NCBI GenBank assembly: GCA_028292225.1
Contig: JAQGMV010000106.1
Span: 16,494 to 80,493 of the forward strand
DNA from: Betaproteobacteria bacterium
GTDB lineage: Bacteria; Pseudomonadota; Gammaproteobacteria; Burkholderiales; SG8-41
Reading direction: 5' to 3'
DNA length: 64,000 nucleotides
Below the pieces are notes generated by a model, which ran no database searches, was not told the DNA's origin, and was given only the letters and a program-made list of their open reading frames with translations. Positions 19,505 to 29,200 of this stretch are shown in pieces. Position 1 is the stretch's first letter. Each line of letters starts with the position of its first letter. A program made the translations under genes and the position numbers.

Positions 19505-20128
19505 ATGACGGTCTTGACGAATCTGAATCTGGTCACCGCCACGGGCGTGGCTTACGCGCTGCTCGGCGCACTCACCATGTTCGTGTGCAACCGCGCGCTC
19601 TATCGCAGCGCGAGCCGCATTGTAGCGGGCTACCCGGGCGTGCTCGCGATCCTGTCGACCCGGCGCCGCGACGCCCGGTCCGGTCTGGTGCTGCTCACTG
19701 CGGGCATCGCGCTCCAGGCGCTCGGCGCCTGCGGCTACACCGCGCCGGCGAGCCTCTGGCGCTATCCTGTTTTCACGCTCGCCGCCTTCCTCCTCATCCA
19801 TTGCGTGCTGCGCTTCAACGCTTCGCGGCACATTCCGGTCTCGCGCAGAGCGGGTTCCCGCGAGCTCTTCCAGACCCGGCGCTCGATGCGCCTGCGCGAA
19901 GCGGCGCAGCGCGAAGCCGCCAACCTGCACGCGAGAGAGGCCGCCCGCAGCCCTCGCGACAACGGCATCGTTTACCTCGGGCACGAATGGGCGCCGCAGT
20001 GGTGGAGCGACAGGTTCGGCGTGAGCATCGACGTCCTCAGGACGGCCTTGCACCACGTCGGTCCGATGGTCGTCGACGTCGAGCGCTTTCTCGCGCTCCA
20101 GCGCCGCACGCGCGAGCTCGCCGCCTGA
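19505..20128 (+). CDS. membrane protein with C-terminal DUF3606-like domain
   Basis: Three predicted TM helices in the first 100 aa. The C-terminus SPRDNGIVYLGHEWAPQWWSDRFGVSIDVLRTALHHVGPMVVDVERFLA resembles the DUF3606 pattern (xxINVxExYEVxYWAxxLGVSxxxLxxAVxxVGxxVxxVxxxL). Confidence 0.55.
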   Translation: MTVLTNLNLVTATGVAYALLGALTMFVCNRALYRSASRIVAGYPGVLAILSTRRRDARSGLVLLTAGIALQALGACGYTAPASLWRYPVFTLAAFLLIHCVLRFNASRHIPVSRRAGSRELFQTRRSMRLREAAQREAANLHAREAARSPRDNGIVYLGHEWAPQWWSDRFGVSIDVLRTALHHVGPMVVDVERFLALQRRTRELAA

Positions 20129-20152
20129 CCGCGCCCCGCTCGTGGTAATGCG

Positions 20153-21118
20153 CTAGTCGAGCTTCGCGCCGGAGTCGACGGCGAGGCGGCTCAGCTTCGC
20201 CAGCTCCTGCCTGAGCCGCCGCTCGCTTTCGTCCACGTCCGCGATGACGGGCTCCGCCCCGAGCTTCTTCCAGCTTTCGCGCGATGCCGGCCGTGACATC
20301 GTCGCGTTGATCTGCGCGTTGAGCCTGGTCACGATCTCGCGAGGCGTTCTGGCCGGCGCGAGGATACCCTGGTACAGCATGAGCTCGTAACCCGGCAATG
20401 CTTCGCCCATCGCCGGCAGGTCGGGCAGCAGCGCGGAGCGCTTCGCGGTCGTCACGGCGAGCGCGCGCACCCTGCCGCTCTGCATGTGAGGAATGACCGA
20501 GCCGGTCGTCGCGAAAACAACAGCCACTTCACCGGAGATGAGCGCGGTCACCGCGGGCGGGCTGCCTTTGTAAGGCACGTGCACCAGATCGACTTTAGCG
20601 AGCTTCCTGAACAGCTCGCCGGCGAGATGAAGAACAGTGCCGTTGCCTGACGAGCCGTAGTTGATCTGCCCCGGGCGCGCCCTGGCGAGCGCGACCAGAT
20701 CGCTGACCGACTTCGCCGGCAGCGAAGGATGGACACTCAACACGAGCGGCGATGCGGAGGCGAAAGCCACGGCGGTGAAATCGCTGACCGCGTCATACGG
20801 CAGCTTGCGATAAAGACCCGCGTTGATGCCGTGCGTCGTGATGTCCTGGAAGAACATCGTGTAGCCGTCGGGGGCCGATTTGGCGACGATGTCGGCGGCG
20901 AGCGTGGTTCCCGCTCCGGGGCGATTGTCGACGAGTACCTGCTGGCCCCATTCCTGCGCGATGCTCTGCCCGAGGATACGTGCGAGGCCGTCGGAGAGCC
21001 CGCCCGGCGGGAACGGCACGATCAGCCGTATCGGCTTGGCGGGATACTCCGCAGCGCCCGCGAGTGCTGCAAAGCCGAACGTCGTCGCAACCAGGATCGC
21101 CGTACAGGCTGAGCGCAT
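20153..21118 (-). CDS. Bug-family (TctC-like) tripartite tricarboxylate transporter substrate-binding protein
   Basis: Signal peptide MRSACTAILVATTFGFAALAGAA followed by the hallmark EYPAKPIRLIVPFPPGGLSD, then NRPGAGT, GYTM, SSGNGTVLHLAGELF and HVPYKGS. I placed the start at ATG 21118; the track ORF extends to 21268. Confidence 0.9.
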   Translation of the reverse strand: MRSACTAILVATTFGFAALAGAAEYPAKPIRLIVPFPPGGLSDGLARILGQSIAQEWGQQVLVDNRPGAGTTLAADIVAKSAPDGYTMFFQDITTHGINAGLYRKLPYDAVSDFTAVAFASASPLVLSVHPSLPAKSVSDLVALARARPGQINYGSSGNGTVLHLAGELFRKLAKVDLVHVPYKGSPPAVTALISGEVAVVFATTGSVIPHMQSGRVRALAVTTAKRSALLPDLPAMGEALPGYELMLYQGILAPARTPREIVTRLNAQINATMSRPASRESWKKLGAEPVIADVDESERRLRQELAKLSRLAVDSGAKLD

Positions 21119-21444
21119 CGAGAACCCTTCGCAGTATGCGTGAGCGCCGATCTTACTGGGCGCAGGCCGGGTGTGCTGCGTTATCCCCGGCATGGTGCCG
21201 GTTACTCGATGATGACCCACGCCGGTGCGTGATCGATCGCGCCAAAGCGCTTTATGGTCGGGCCACAAAAAAAGAGGAGGAACACTCGCGGCGATCTAGT
21301 CCGGACCACGCGGGTCATGGAGGACGGACGGGGATCGACGACCAGAGCGCCGCGACGCGAGCCGCCGTGATCTAGGGCAGCGCATAATGCCCGTGTATCC
21401 AGGCGAGGTGTGTTAGGGTTTTCGTCCCGCCTGCGGAGACTGTC

Positions 21445-22830
21445 ATGAACCTCCATCGTTTGCTTCTCGAGCGCGCGGCCGCGCGCAAGCCGCTGCGCGT
21501 GCTGCTGATCGGCGCCGGCAAGTTCGGGTCGATGTTCCTGTCGCAGGCGCGCCGCACCCAGGGGCTGCACGTCGTCGGCATCGCCGACCTCGACCCGGCG
21601 CGCGCGCGTGAAAGTCTTGCGCGCGTGGGCTGGCCTGCGGAGCAGTATGCGGCGCGCACGCTAGACCGGGCCGCGCGCATGGGCGAGACATGCATCACCG
21701 ACGACGCACCCGCGGCAATCGCTACCCACGCCGTCGAGATCGTCATCGACGCGACCGGCAGCCCCGCCGCGGGAATCCGCCACGCGCTGCTTGCGAGCGG
21801 ACACGGCAAGCACATCGTGATGGTCAACGTCGAAGCCGACGCGCTCGCCGGGCCGCTGCTCGCGCGGCGGGCGGCGCAGGCCGGCGTCGTGTATTCACTC
21901 GCCTATGGCGATCAGCCCGCGCTGATCTGCGAAATGGTCGATTGGGCGCGCACCGCGGGTTTCGAAGTCATCGCCGCGGGCAAAGGCACTAAATATCTGC
22001 CGGCGTATCACGACTCGACACCGCAGACGGTGTGGGGACACTACGGCTTCACCGACGAGCAGGTCACCAGGGGCGATTTCAATGCGCAGATGTTCAATTC
22101 GTTCCTAGACGGCACCAAGTCCGCGATCGAGATGGCCGCGGTGGCGAACGCGACCGGCCTCACACCGGCTGCGCACGGCCTCGACTTTCCGCCGTGCGGC
22201 GTCGACGATCTGCCGCGCGTGCTCAAACCCCGAGCCGACGGCGGCGTGCTGGACCACCGCGGCCAGGTCGAAGTGGTGTCCAGTCTCGAGCGCGACGGCA
22301 AACCGGTCTTTCGCGACTTGCGCTGGGGCGTGTACGTCACGTTTGCGGCGGACAGCGAGTACGTTCGCCGCTGCTTCTCCGAATACGGGCTCGTCACCGA
22401 TGACAGCGGCAACTACAGCGCGATGTACAAGCCGTATCACCTCATCGGCCTCGAGCTCGGCATCTCGGTGGCCAGCGCCGGCCTGCGCGGTGAAGCGACC
22501 GGCGCACCGAATGATTTTCGCGGCGACGTGGTGGCGATCGCGAAACGCGATCTCGCAGCCGGCGAGACGCTCGACGGCGAAGGCGGCTACACCGTGTACG
22601 GCAGGCTGACGCCCGCATCGGATTCGCTGCGCATCGGCGGCCTTCCCATCGGCCTCGCGCATCGCGTGCCGCTCACGCGCAGCGTGGCCAAAGGCGAGGC
22701 GATCACCTGGAACGACGTCTCGGCACCGGATTCCGAAGCAGTGCGCGTGCGGCGGGAAATGGAACGCCTCTACGCGGCCAACGCGGTCCCTGCCGAGAAG
22801 GCGAGCGCCCCCGCACTGCTGAGGAGCTGA
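21445..22830 (+). CDS. NAD(P)-dependent oxidoreductase with C-terminal SAF domain (COG4091, homoserine-dehydrogenase-like)
   Basis: N-terminal Rossmann fold LRVLLIGAGKFGSMFLSQA, then IDATGSPAAG and AYGDQPALICEMVDWART. The C-terminal SAF-like segment is VVAIAKRDLAAGETLDGEGGYTVYG. Confidence 0.7.
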   Translation: MNLHRLLLERAAARKPLRVLLIGAGKFGSMFLSQARRTQGLHVVGIADLDPARARESLARVGWPAEQYAARTLDRAARMGETCITDDAPAAIATHAVEIVIDATGSPAAGIRHALLASGHGKHIVMVNVEADALAGPLLARRAAQAGVVYSLAYGDQPALICEMVDWARTAGFEVIAAGKGTKYLPAYHDSTPQTVWGHYGFTDEQVTRGDFNAQMFNSFLDGTKSAIEMAAVANATGLTPAAHGLDFPPCGVDDLPRVLKPRADGGVLDHRGQVEVVSSLERDGKPVFRDLRWGVYVTFAADSEYVRRCFSEYGLVTDDSGNYSAMYKPYHLIGLELGISVASAGLRGEATGAPNDFRGDVVAIAKRDLAAGETLDGEGGYTVYGRLTPASDSLRIGGLPIGLAHRVPLTRSVAKGEAITWNDVSAPDSEAVRVRREMERLYAANAVPAEKASAPALLRS

Positions 22831-22861
22831 TGCAGTCGCTGTAGAAAACGCGCGCACGCAC

Positions 22862-23091
22862 GCGGGCAAGAAAGAGCTGAGTCAGATCGGCAATGCGCTC
22901 GACGACATGGCCGATGCGCTGCAGGAAAGGGACGCCGAGTTGCCGATCACGGGGAAGAGATCGAGACGCTGTTGCGCGCCGCCGACGCCGCGCTCTACGA
23001 AGCCAAACGCAGCGGACGCGATCGTGTGGCGGTGTACGGCGGAGGAAGCGCGGGTGACACGGCCGGCGCCGAAACCGGAGCGCCGCGATAG
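22862..23091 (+). pseudogene. relic of a HAMP-GGDEF diguanylate cyclase gene (only the HAMP end and the last ~45 aa of GGDEF remain, in different frames)
   Basis: Frame 2 reads KELSQIGNALDDMADALQERDAEL (HAMP C-terminal helix). Frame 1 from about 22942 reads ADHGEEIETLLRAADAALYEAKRSGRDRVAVYGG-stop at 23089-23091, which is the canonical GGDEF C-terminus. The GGDEF core and any sensor region are missing. Confidence 0.65.
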
Positions 23092-23123
23092 GCGGCGCGG
23101 GCGCGGTGACTTAGAATCAGACC

Positions 23124-23300
23124 ATGATGAACAAGCTATGTGATGGCAGCCGTCGTCCCGTTCGGGGCGAGCGGCATCAGCTCAAGACCTCGACCACGGG
23201 TCACATGAAAGCGTGCTGCCCGGTGTGCAAACGACGCCTGACGGTAGCGCGCGTGATGGGGGTGGTCGAGTTCCCGCGGCACGAGCGCCGCGAGAACTAA
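23124..23300 (+). CDS. small hypothetical protein, 58 aa, Cys-rich (possible zinc ribbon)
   Basis: ATG 23124 to TAA 23298-23300 translates to MMNKLCDGSRRPVRGERHQLKTSTTGHMKACCPVCKRRLTVARVMGVVEFPRHERREN. It is below the 60-aa track cutoff. Coding status is uncertain. Confidence 0.3.
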   Translation: MMNKLCDGSRRPVRGERHQLKTSTTGHMKACCPVCKRRLTVARVMGVVEFPRHERREN

Positions 23301-23316
23301 GAACCGAAGATCGCCG

Positions 23317-23472
23317 CTAGATCACGCCCATCAGCAGCAGCACGATGAGCACGACGACGAGCAGCCCGATGCCGCCGACGGGACCGCCGCCCCAGCCGGA
23401 GCGGTAACCGTATCCGCCGCCTCCGAGCAGCAGGATGATCAGGATGATTACGATCAATGCGGTAGTGCTCAT
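23317..23472 (-). CDS. DUF3309-like small membrane protein (51 aa)
   Basis: ATG 23472 to TAG 23319-23317 translates to MSTTALIVIILIILLLGGGGYGYRSGWGGGPVGGIGLLVVVLIVLLLMGVI. This is two hydrophobic helices flanking a Gly-rich YGxxxGWG loop, the pattern I recall for DUF3309. It is not in the ORF track (<60 aa); the 78-aa track ORF here is in another frame. Confidence 0.6.
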   Translation of the reverse strand: MSTTALIVIILIILLLGGGGYGYRSGWGGGPVGGIGLLVVVLIVLLLMGVI

Positions 23473-23572
23473 GGCATGCCCTCTCTGATGTTGTTGTTGC
23501 CGCCGGTGCTACAGCAAGGGCTGTGCCGAGCACCGCGGCACGTGCGTCCCGGCAAACCTGCCGGGGGCCGCG

Positions 23573-24913
23573 CTATCGGCCGTCGGCACCGCGCACGCGC
23601 ACATAAACCCTGATCCGGCTGTCGGCGCGGTTGTCATAGCGGCGGATCTGCTCGATCAGCGAAGCACTGAGCGGGTGATCCCTCGACACGAGCAGCGTGC
23701 CGTCAGCGGCGACCAGATCGCGCGTGAGCACCATCCCGGGCTCGAGCGCGTCGGGCTCTAGCGCGCGCTCCATGACCGGCACGACACCGGCGACGTCCAG
23801 AACCGCGACGAGCGCGTCGACGACTGCGGGGTCGTAGTGCTTTTCGCTCGCGTCGATCAGCAGCGCGCGCGCCTGCACCCTCGACACCGCGGTGCCGGTG
23901 AGGACGCCTTCGAGCGCGGTTTCGTAATCGTGTGCGACGGCGAGGATGCGCGAGCCCATCGGAATGTCGAGACCGCTCAGCCGGTCGGGATAACCCATGC
24001 CGTCGTAGCGTTCGCGATAGTTGCGGATGAGCGTAGCCGCGCCGTGGAGCTGCTCCAGAGCCATCAGCGCCCACTGCGCTTTGAGCGGATGCTTCATGAC
24101 GGCTGCGCGCTCGTCGGGATCGAGCGCGTTCAAACGCTTGCGAAGGATGGTCTCGGGCAGGCCGAGCTCTCCAATGCCGTGCAGGAGCCCGGCGAGCGTG
24201 ACGTCCTGCAGATCCTCGCCGCCAAGCCCCAGCCGCAGGGCGATGCGCCGCGCGAGATCGGCGACGCGCCGGGAATGCCCCGACGTCGCGCCTTCGCGAA
24301 GCTCGATCAGGTTGGAGAAGACTTTCACCGAAGTGACGAAGCTTTTCTTGAGCTTGTCGTGGACGGCTTCGAGACTGGCGAGCGCGTCGGCGAGCTCCGC
24401 GGTGCGCGCATGCACTTTCTCCTCGAGGGTTTCGTTGAGCGTCCTCAGCGCCTCGTTCTGCTGCGCGGTCAGGCGCTCGAGACGCGCCTTCTCGCGCCCG
24501 AGACGCTTGCGTTCCAGCGCATCGCGCACCACACCGAGAACGACCGCGTCCTCCCACGGCTTCGAAATGTAGCGATAGATCTCCGCCTTGTTGATCGCGG
24601 ACACGGTCGAGGCGAGGTCAGCATAGCCGGTCAGCAGGATACGTGCGGTGTCGGGCGAGCGTGCCTTCACCTGCTCGAGAAACTGCGCGCCGTCCATGTG
24701 CGGCATGCGCATGTCCGAAAGCACGAGGTCGACCGTCGTGGCGGCGATCACCTCGAGACCTTCGGCGCCGCTCGGGGCGGTGAGCACGCGGTACCCGTGC
24801 GGGCGCAGCAGGCGCCGCAGCGCATTGAGGATGTTCGTCTCGTCGTCGACGCACAGCAGCGTCAAAGGCGCGTCCTCCCGGGTATCCCCGGCCGGCACCG
24901 AGGCGGTGTTCAC
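23573..24913 (-). CDS. response regulator with degenerate HD-GYP domain
   Basis: REC domain: LLCVDDETNILNAL, acceptor in LVLSDMRMPHMDG, ILLTGY, YISKPW. The HD-GYP-like domain reads HSRRVADLA, LLHGIGE (HD changed to HG), KHP and NYRERYDGMGYP (HHE changed to YRE, GYP kept). A possible GTG start at 24913 overlaps the upstream stop (GTGA); the track start is 24955. Confidence 0.85.
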   Translation of the reverse strand: MNTASVPAGDTREDAPLTLLCVDDETNILNALRRLLRPHGYRVLTAPSGAEGLEVIAATTVDLVLSDMRMPHMDGAQFLEQVKARSPDTARILLTGYADLASTVSAINKAEIYRYISKPWEDAVVLGVVRDALERKRLGREKARLERLTAQQNEALRTLNETLEEKVHARTAELADALASLEAVHDKLKKSFVTSVKVFSNLIELREGATSGHSRRVADLARRIALRLGLGGEDLQDVTLAGLLHGIGELGLPETILRKRLNALDPDERAAVMKHPLKAQWALMALEQLHGAATLIRNYRERYDGMGYPDRLSGLDIPMGSRILAVAHDYETALEGVLTGTAVSRVQARALLIDASEKHYDPAVVDALVAVLDVAGVVPVMERALEPDALEPGMVLTRDLVAADGTLLVSRDHPLSASLIEQIRRYDNRADSRIRVYVRVRGADGR

Positions 24914-26250
24914 GTAATACCCTTCGCCGCCGCCTGCCTGCGCACCGGGATGCACACGCGAAACGTGGTGCCGTGGCCCTGCCGGCTTTCGACCTCGATG
25001 CGCCCGCGATGCTTCCGGACGATGCCGTACGAGAGCGCCAGCCCGAGGCCGGTCCCCTTGCCGACGGGCTTGGTCGTAAAGAACGGATCGAAGATGCGAT
25101 CGATGTGACCGGGATCGATACCCGACCCGGTATCGGTGATCTCGACCCGGACTTCCTCACCTTCGCCGACGCCGACGCAGGTCCGCACCGTGATCGTGCC
25201 GTGCCCGTCGATCGAGTGCGCCGCGTTGACCAGAATGTTCATGAACACCTGGTTGAGCTGTGACGGCAGGCACTCGACCTGCGGGAGCGCGCCGTACTCC
25301 CTGACGAGCTGCGCCTTGTACTTGATCTCGTTGTTGACGATGTTGATCGTGCTGTCGATCCCCTCGTGCAGGTCCGCGTGCCGCCACTCGTCGTCACCCC
25401 CGCCGTGTGAAAAATCCTTCAGGTCCTCGACGATCTTGCTCACTCGAGAGATCCCTTCCTCGGACTCGCGCATCAACGCGAACACATCCTCTGTCAGGTA
25501 GGCGAGGTCTGCGCTCTCCTTCGCGGCGAGCACCGCCTCCATCACCGCGGGGTCGCAGATCGACGCGTCGGCCCGCTCGTACGCGGCGACGACGTCGAAC
25601 ACCTGCTTCAGATAGCCGCCCAATGCCCCGAGGTTGGACTTCACATAGCCGATCGGGTTGTTGATCTCATGAGCGACACCCGCAGCGAGCTGCCCGATCG
25701 AGGCCATCTTCTCCGATTGCAGCAACTGGTTGCGCGTCTCGCGCAACTGCTGGTTGATCTGGCGCTGCTCCTCGTTGCTTCGAAGCAGCGCCTGCTCGGC
25801 GTCCCTGCGGGCGGAGATCTCCTCGACCAGCGCCTCGCTCACCTGCGCCGCGCGCAGCATGTAGCGCACGCGGTGCCCGAGGATCGGCCAGTTGACCGGC
25901 TTGGTCACGAAGTCGGTCGCGCCGCATTCGTATGCGCGCTCGATGGAAATGGTATCGTGCAGCGCGGTCATGATGAGCACCGGCGTGGTCGCGCTGGGGG
26001 CGATCTCGCGCAGACGGGTGCACACTTCGAAGCCGTCGATCCCCGGCATCATGAGATCGAGCAGGACCATGTCGTGCCGCGTGCGGGCGAACGCGTGAAG
26101 CGCGCCCGCGCCGTCGACCGCTTCTTCGACCCGCATGCCGCAACGCTCGATCGCCCTGCGTGCGCAGAGGCGCTGCACCGCGTTGTCGTCGACGACGAGC
26201 ACCACCGGCGCGACGCCGCGCGCCGCCACCGACGCCGAGGCCGCGCTCAT
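24910..26250 (-). CDS. hybrid REC-histidine kinase (N-terminal receiver, HisKA, HATPase_c; no TM or ligand-binding sensor domain)
   Basis: REC domain: VVLVVDDNAVQRL, VLLDLMMPGIDG, VLIMTAL, FVTKPV. A coiled coil follows, then H-box ASIGQLAAGVAHEINNPIGYV, N-box FMNILVNAAHSI and G-boxes ITDTGSGI and GKGTGLGLALSYGIV. The ATG overlaps the upstream stop (ATGA at 26247-26250). Confidence 0.9.
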   Translation of the reverse strand: MSAASASVAARGVAPVVLVVDDNAVQRLCARRAIERCGMRVEEAVDGAGALHAFARTRHDMVLLDLMMPGIDGFEVCTRLREIAPSATTPVLIMTALHDTISIERAYECGATDFVTKPVNWPILGHRVRYMLRAAQVSEALVEEISARRDAEQALLRSNEEQRQINQQLRETRNQLLQSEKMASIGQLAAGVAHEINNPIGYVKSNLGALGGYLKQVFDVVAAYERADASICDPAVMEAVLAAKESADLAYLTEDVFALMRESEEGISRVSKIVEDLKDFSHGGGDDEWRHADLHEGIDSTINIVNNEIKYKAQLVREYGALPQVECLPSQLNQVFMNILVNAAHSIDGHGTITVRTCVGVGEGEEVRVEITDTGSGIDPGHIDRIFDPFFTTKPVGKGTGLGLALSYGIVRKHRGRIEVESRQGHGTTFRVCIPVRRQAAAKGIT

Positions 26251-29200
26251 GAACCCCGCGTCTCGAGGGCCGCGGCTTCGACGCGCGTCTCGCTCAACAG
26301 CAGACGCAGGTTTTCATTGGCCTGCGTGAGCGCTTTGACGCGCGCGGCCGCGGCTTCGTGCCGGCGCTGGTTGTCCCTGACCGCCGCATACCGGCGGCAC
26401 GCCTCCGCGATGTGCGCGCGAAGCAGGTTGTCGTCCCACGGCTTGGTGAGGAAGCGGTAGATCGCCCCCTGGTTGATCGCATCGGTGACGCTCTCCAGAT
26501 CGGTATAGCCGGAGAGCACCATGCGAACCGAGTCCGGGTAGAGGTCTTTAACGCGCCGCAGGAACTCCACCCCGGTCGCCTCCTGCATGCGCTGATCCGA
26601 AACGATCACGCCGACGCGGTTCGCGGCAAGGACCTCGAAGGCGGCGCTCACGCTCGTGGCCGTGAAAATACGGTATTTGTCGCGGCGCAGAAGGCGCTTC
26701 AGCGACGACAGCACATTCTCCTCGTCGTCGAGGAGCAGCAGCGTGCGCTCGCCTTCGTCGTCATCGGTGCGCGGACGTTCGAGCCGGCGGTTCTGACCCA
26801 GCATTTCGGTGATCGCGGACGCGTCGCAAGGCCGTGAGAAATAGTAGCCCTGGATCTGGTCGCACCCGTTCGAGGACAGGAACGAAAGCTGCGCTGCGGT
26901 CTCCACGCCTTCGGCGACCACCTTCAGGTGCAGGTTGTGCGCCATGTCGACGATCGCCTTCGCGATCGAGGCGTCGTCCGGGTTCGAGGCGAGATCGGTG
27001 ACGAACGAACGATCGATCTTCACGGTATCGATCGGCAGGCGTTTCAGATAGCTCAGGCTGGAATACCCGGTGCCGAAATCGTCGATCGCGAGGTCCACGC
27101 CGAGGGCCTTGAGCTCGCGCAGGGTCGCGATCGAGGCTTCGGCGTTGTGCATCGCGACGCTTTCCGTGATCTCGAGCTCGAGCAGATGCGGCGCCACATC
27201 GTGCTCGCGCAGGGTCCTGCCCACGAGCTCGCACAGATCCTGCTCGTGAAACTGCCGCGATGAGAGGTTGACCGCCACCGGCACCGCCTTCACGCCCGCG
27301 GCTTTCCACGCCGCGAGCTGTGCGCACGCGGCGCGCAGCACCCACTCCCCGACGGGAACGATGAGCCCGGTCTCTTCCAGCAGCGGGATGAAATCCCCGG
27401 GCGATACGATCCCGGATTCGGGCGAGTTCCAGCGCAGCAGCGCTTCCAGACCGGCGATCTCGCCCGTCGCGAGATCGACTTTCGGCTGGTAGTGCAGGAA
27501 GAACTCCTCGCGCTCGAGCGCGTGCCGAAGCCGCCTTTCCATCTCCATTTTTTCGAGCGCGCGCGCATTCATCTCCGCCTTGTAGAACCGGCAGGCGTTG
27601 CGGCCGGCCGCTTTTGCGCTGTACATCGCGGCGTCCGCGTCCCGCATGAGCGTGTCGACCTCGCGGCTGTCCGCGGGATAGAGCGCGATGCCTATGCTCG
27701 CGGTCGCGAAGATCTCGTGGCCGTCGATCCCGTACGGCTCGGCGACCGAGGCGAGGACGTGCCGGGCGATGGTGCCGGCGTCCTGCAGTGTCCCGAGGCC
27801 CGACAGGATGACGGCGAATTCGTCGCCGCCGAGCCGGCCGATCGTATCGGCCCCGCGAACGCACGCTCTCAGGCGCTGCGCCACCTGCTGCAGGAGCTTG
27901 TCGCCCACGGCGTGACCGAGCGTGTCGTTGACGACCTTGAAACGGTCGATGTCCAGACTGAGCACCGCGATCGTCCACGCATTCCTCTGCGCCTGCGCCA
28001 CCGCCTGCAACAGCCGGTCGTGGAAGAGCACGCGGTTGGGCAGCGCTGTGAGCTGGTCGTAGTGCGCGAGGTGCAGCAGCCGCTCCTGCGCCTGCTTGCG
28101 CTCGGTGACGTCTTCGGTGACGCCCGCGATGCGATGGACCTCGCCACAGGCGTTACGCACCGGGAACGCGCGGCTGTGTGCCCAGCGCTCGGTGCCGTCG
28201 GTGTGGGCGATGCGAAACTCCACATCGAAATCGCCGCTCTCGCCTTTGCGCGCCCACTCCCGCTCGACCCGCTCGCGATCGTCCACATGCACGACCTCGA
28301 CCCAGTTGCGGCCCTCGAGGTCAGCGGCCGCGCGTCCCGTGAGCTTCTCGACTGCGGGACTGATGTAGCTGAGCGCGTAGTGCTCGGTGTCGCTGATCCA
28401 GAACGTTTCGGGAATGTGCGCGATGAGCTGCCGGAACTTTTCGTCGCTCTCGCGCAGCGAGTCTTCCGCAGCCTTGCGCTGGATGAGTATCCCGAGCTGC
28501 GCGGCCACTACGGTGACGAGCTCCACGAGCTGCGCGTCATCGCTGCGGTTTTCGTTCATGAAAAACTCGAGCAGCGCCGCGGAGCGCTTCTCCACAGGCA
28601 CGGGAATGCCGCACCAGGACACGAAACCCGCTGCGCGCGCGCTGTCATTGCGCCTGAATCCGTCCTGCGTGAGATCGGGCACCCAGCGCGGCGCATTGTT
28701 CACGAACACCGAACCGGCAAACCCGAGCTCGGATTCCAGGTTCAGGCGCCGCTTGCCGCCGGCGAACGCCGCGAACCGGTCCGAGCCGTCGTGCCAGGCG
28801 ACCCGGCACTCGAGGACTTTTCCCGCCAGATCCGGCAGCCACGCCTGGCCGTAATTCCAGCCGGTGGTGTCGCAGATCTTCTGCAGCACGATCGACAGCG
28901 CCGCGTCGACGTCGCGGGCCTGGCTGATCGCGAGCGTCGTTTCCTGCAACAGGGCGGCGCGCGCTTCGGCACGCTTGCGGTCGGTGATGTCCTCGATGAC
29001 CCGCAGGAAGTAGAGCGGCACGCCCGCTGCATCGCGCACCACCGACACGGTGCGGTTCACGCACATGATCGAGCCGTCCTTGCGAACATAGCGCCGCTCG
29101 GCCGCAAACGTCTGGGCGTTACCCTCCAGCAGCATGGTGTGATCGGCGCTGATGGCGCGATCGTCGGGATGCAGCACCTGGTCCGTGCGCATCGTGAGAA

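Noticed and set aside
22907-23143. 78-aa ORF that could be read as a small gene.
   Set aside because: It starts in the HAMP-helix frame of the GGDEF relic and then runs through out-of-frame GGDEF remnant sequence. It is a by-product of the pseudogene.
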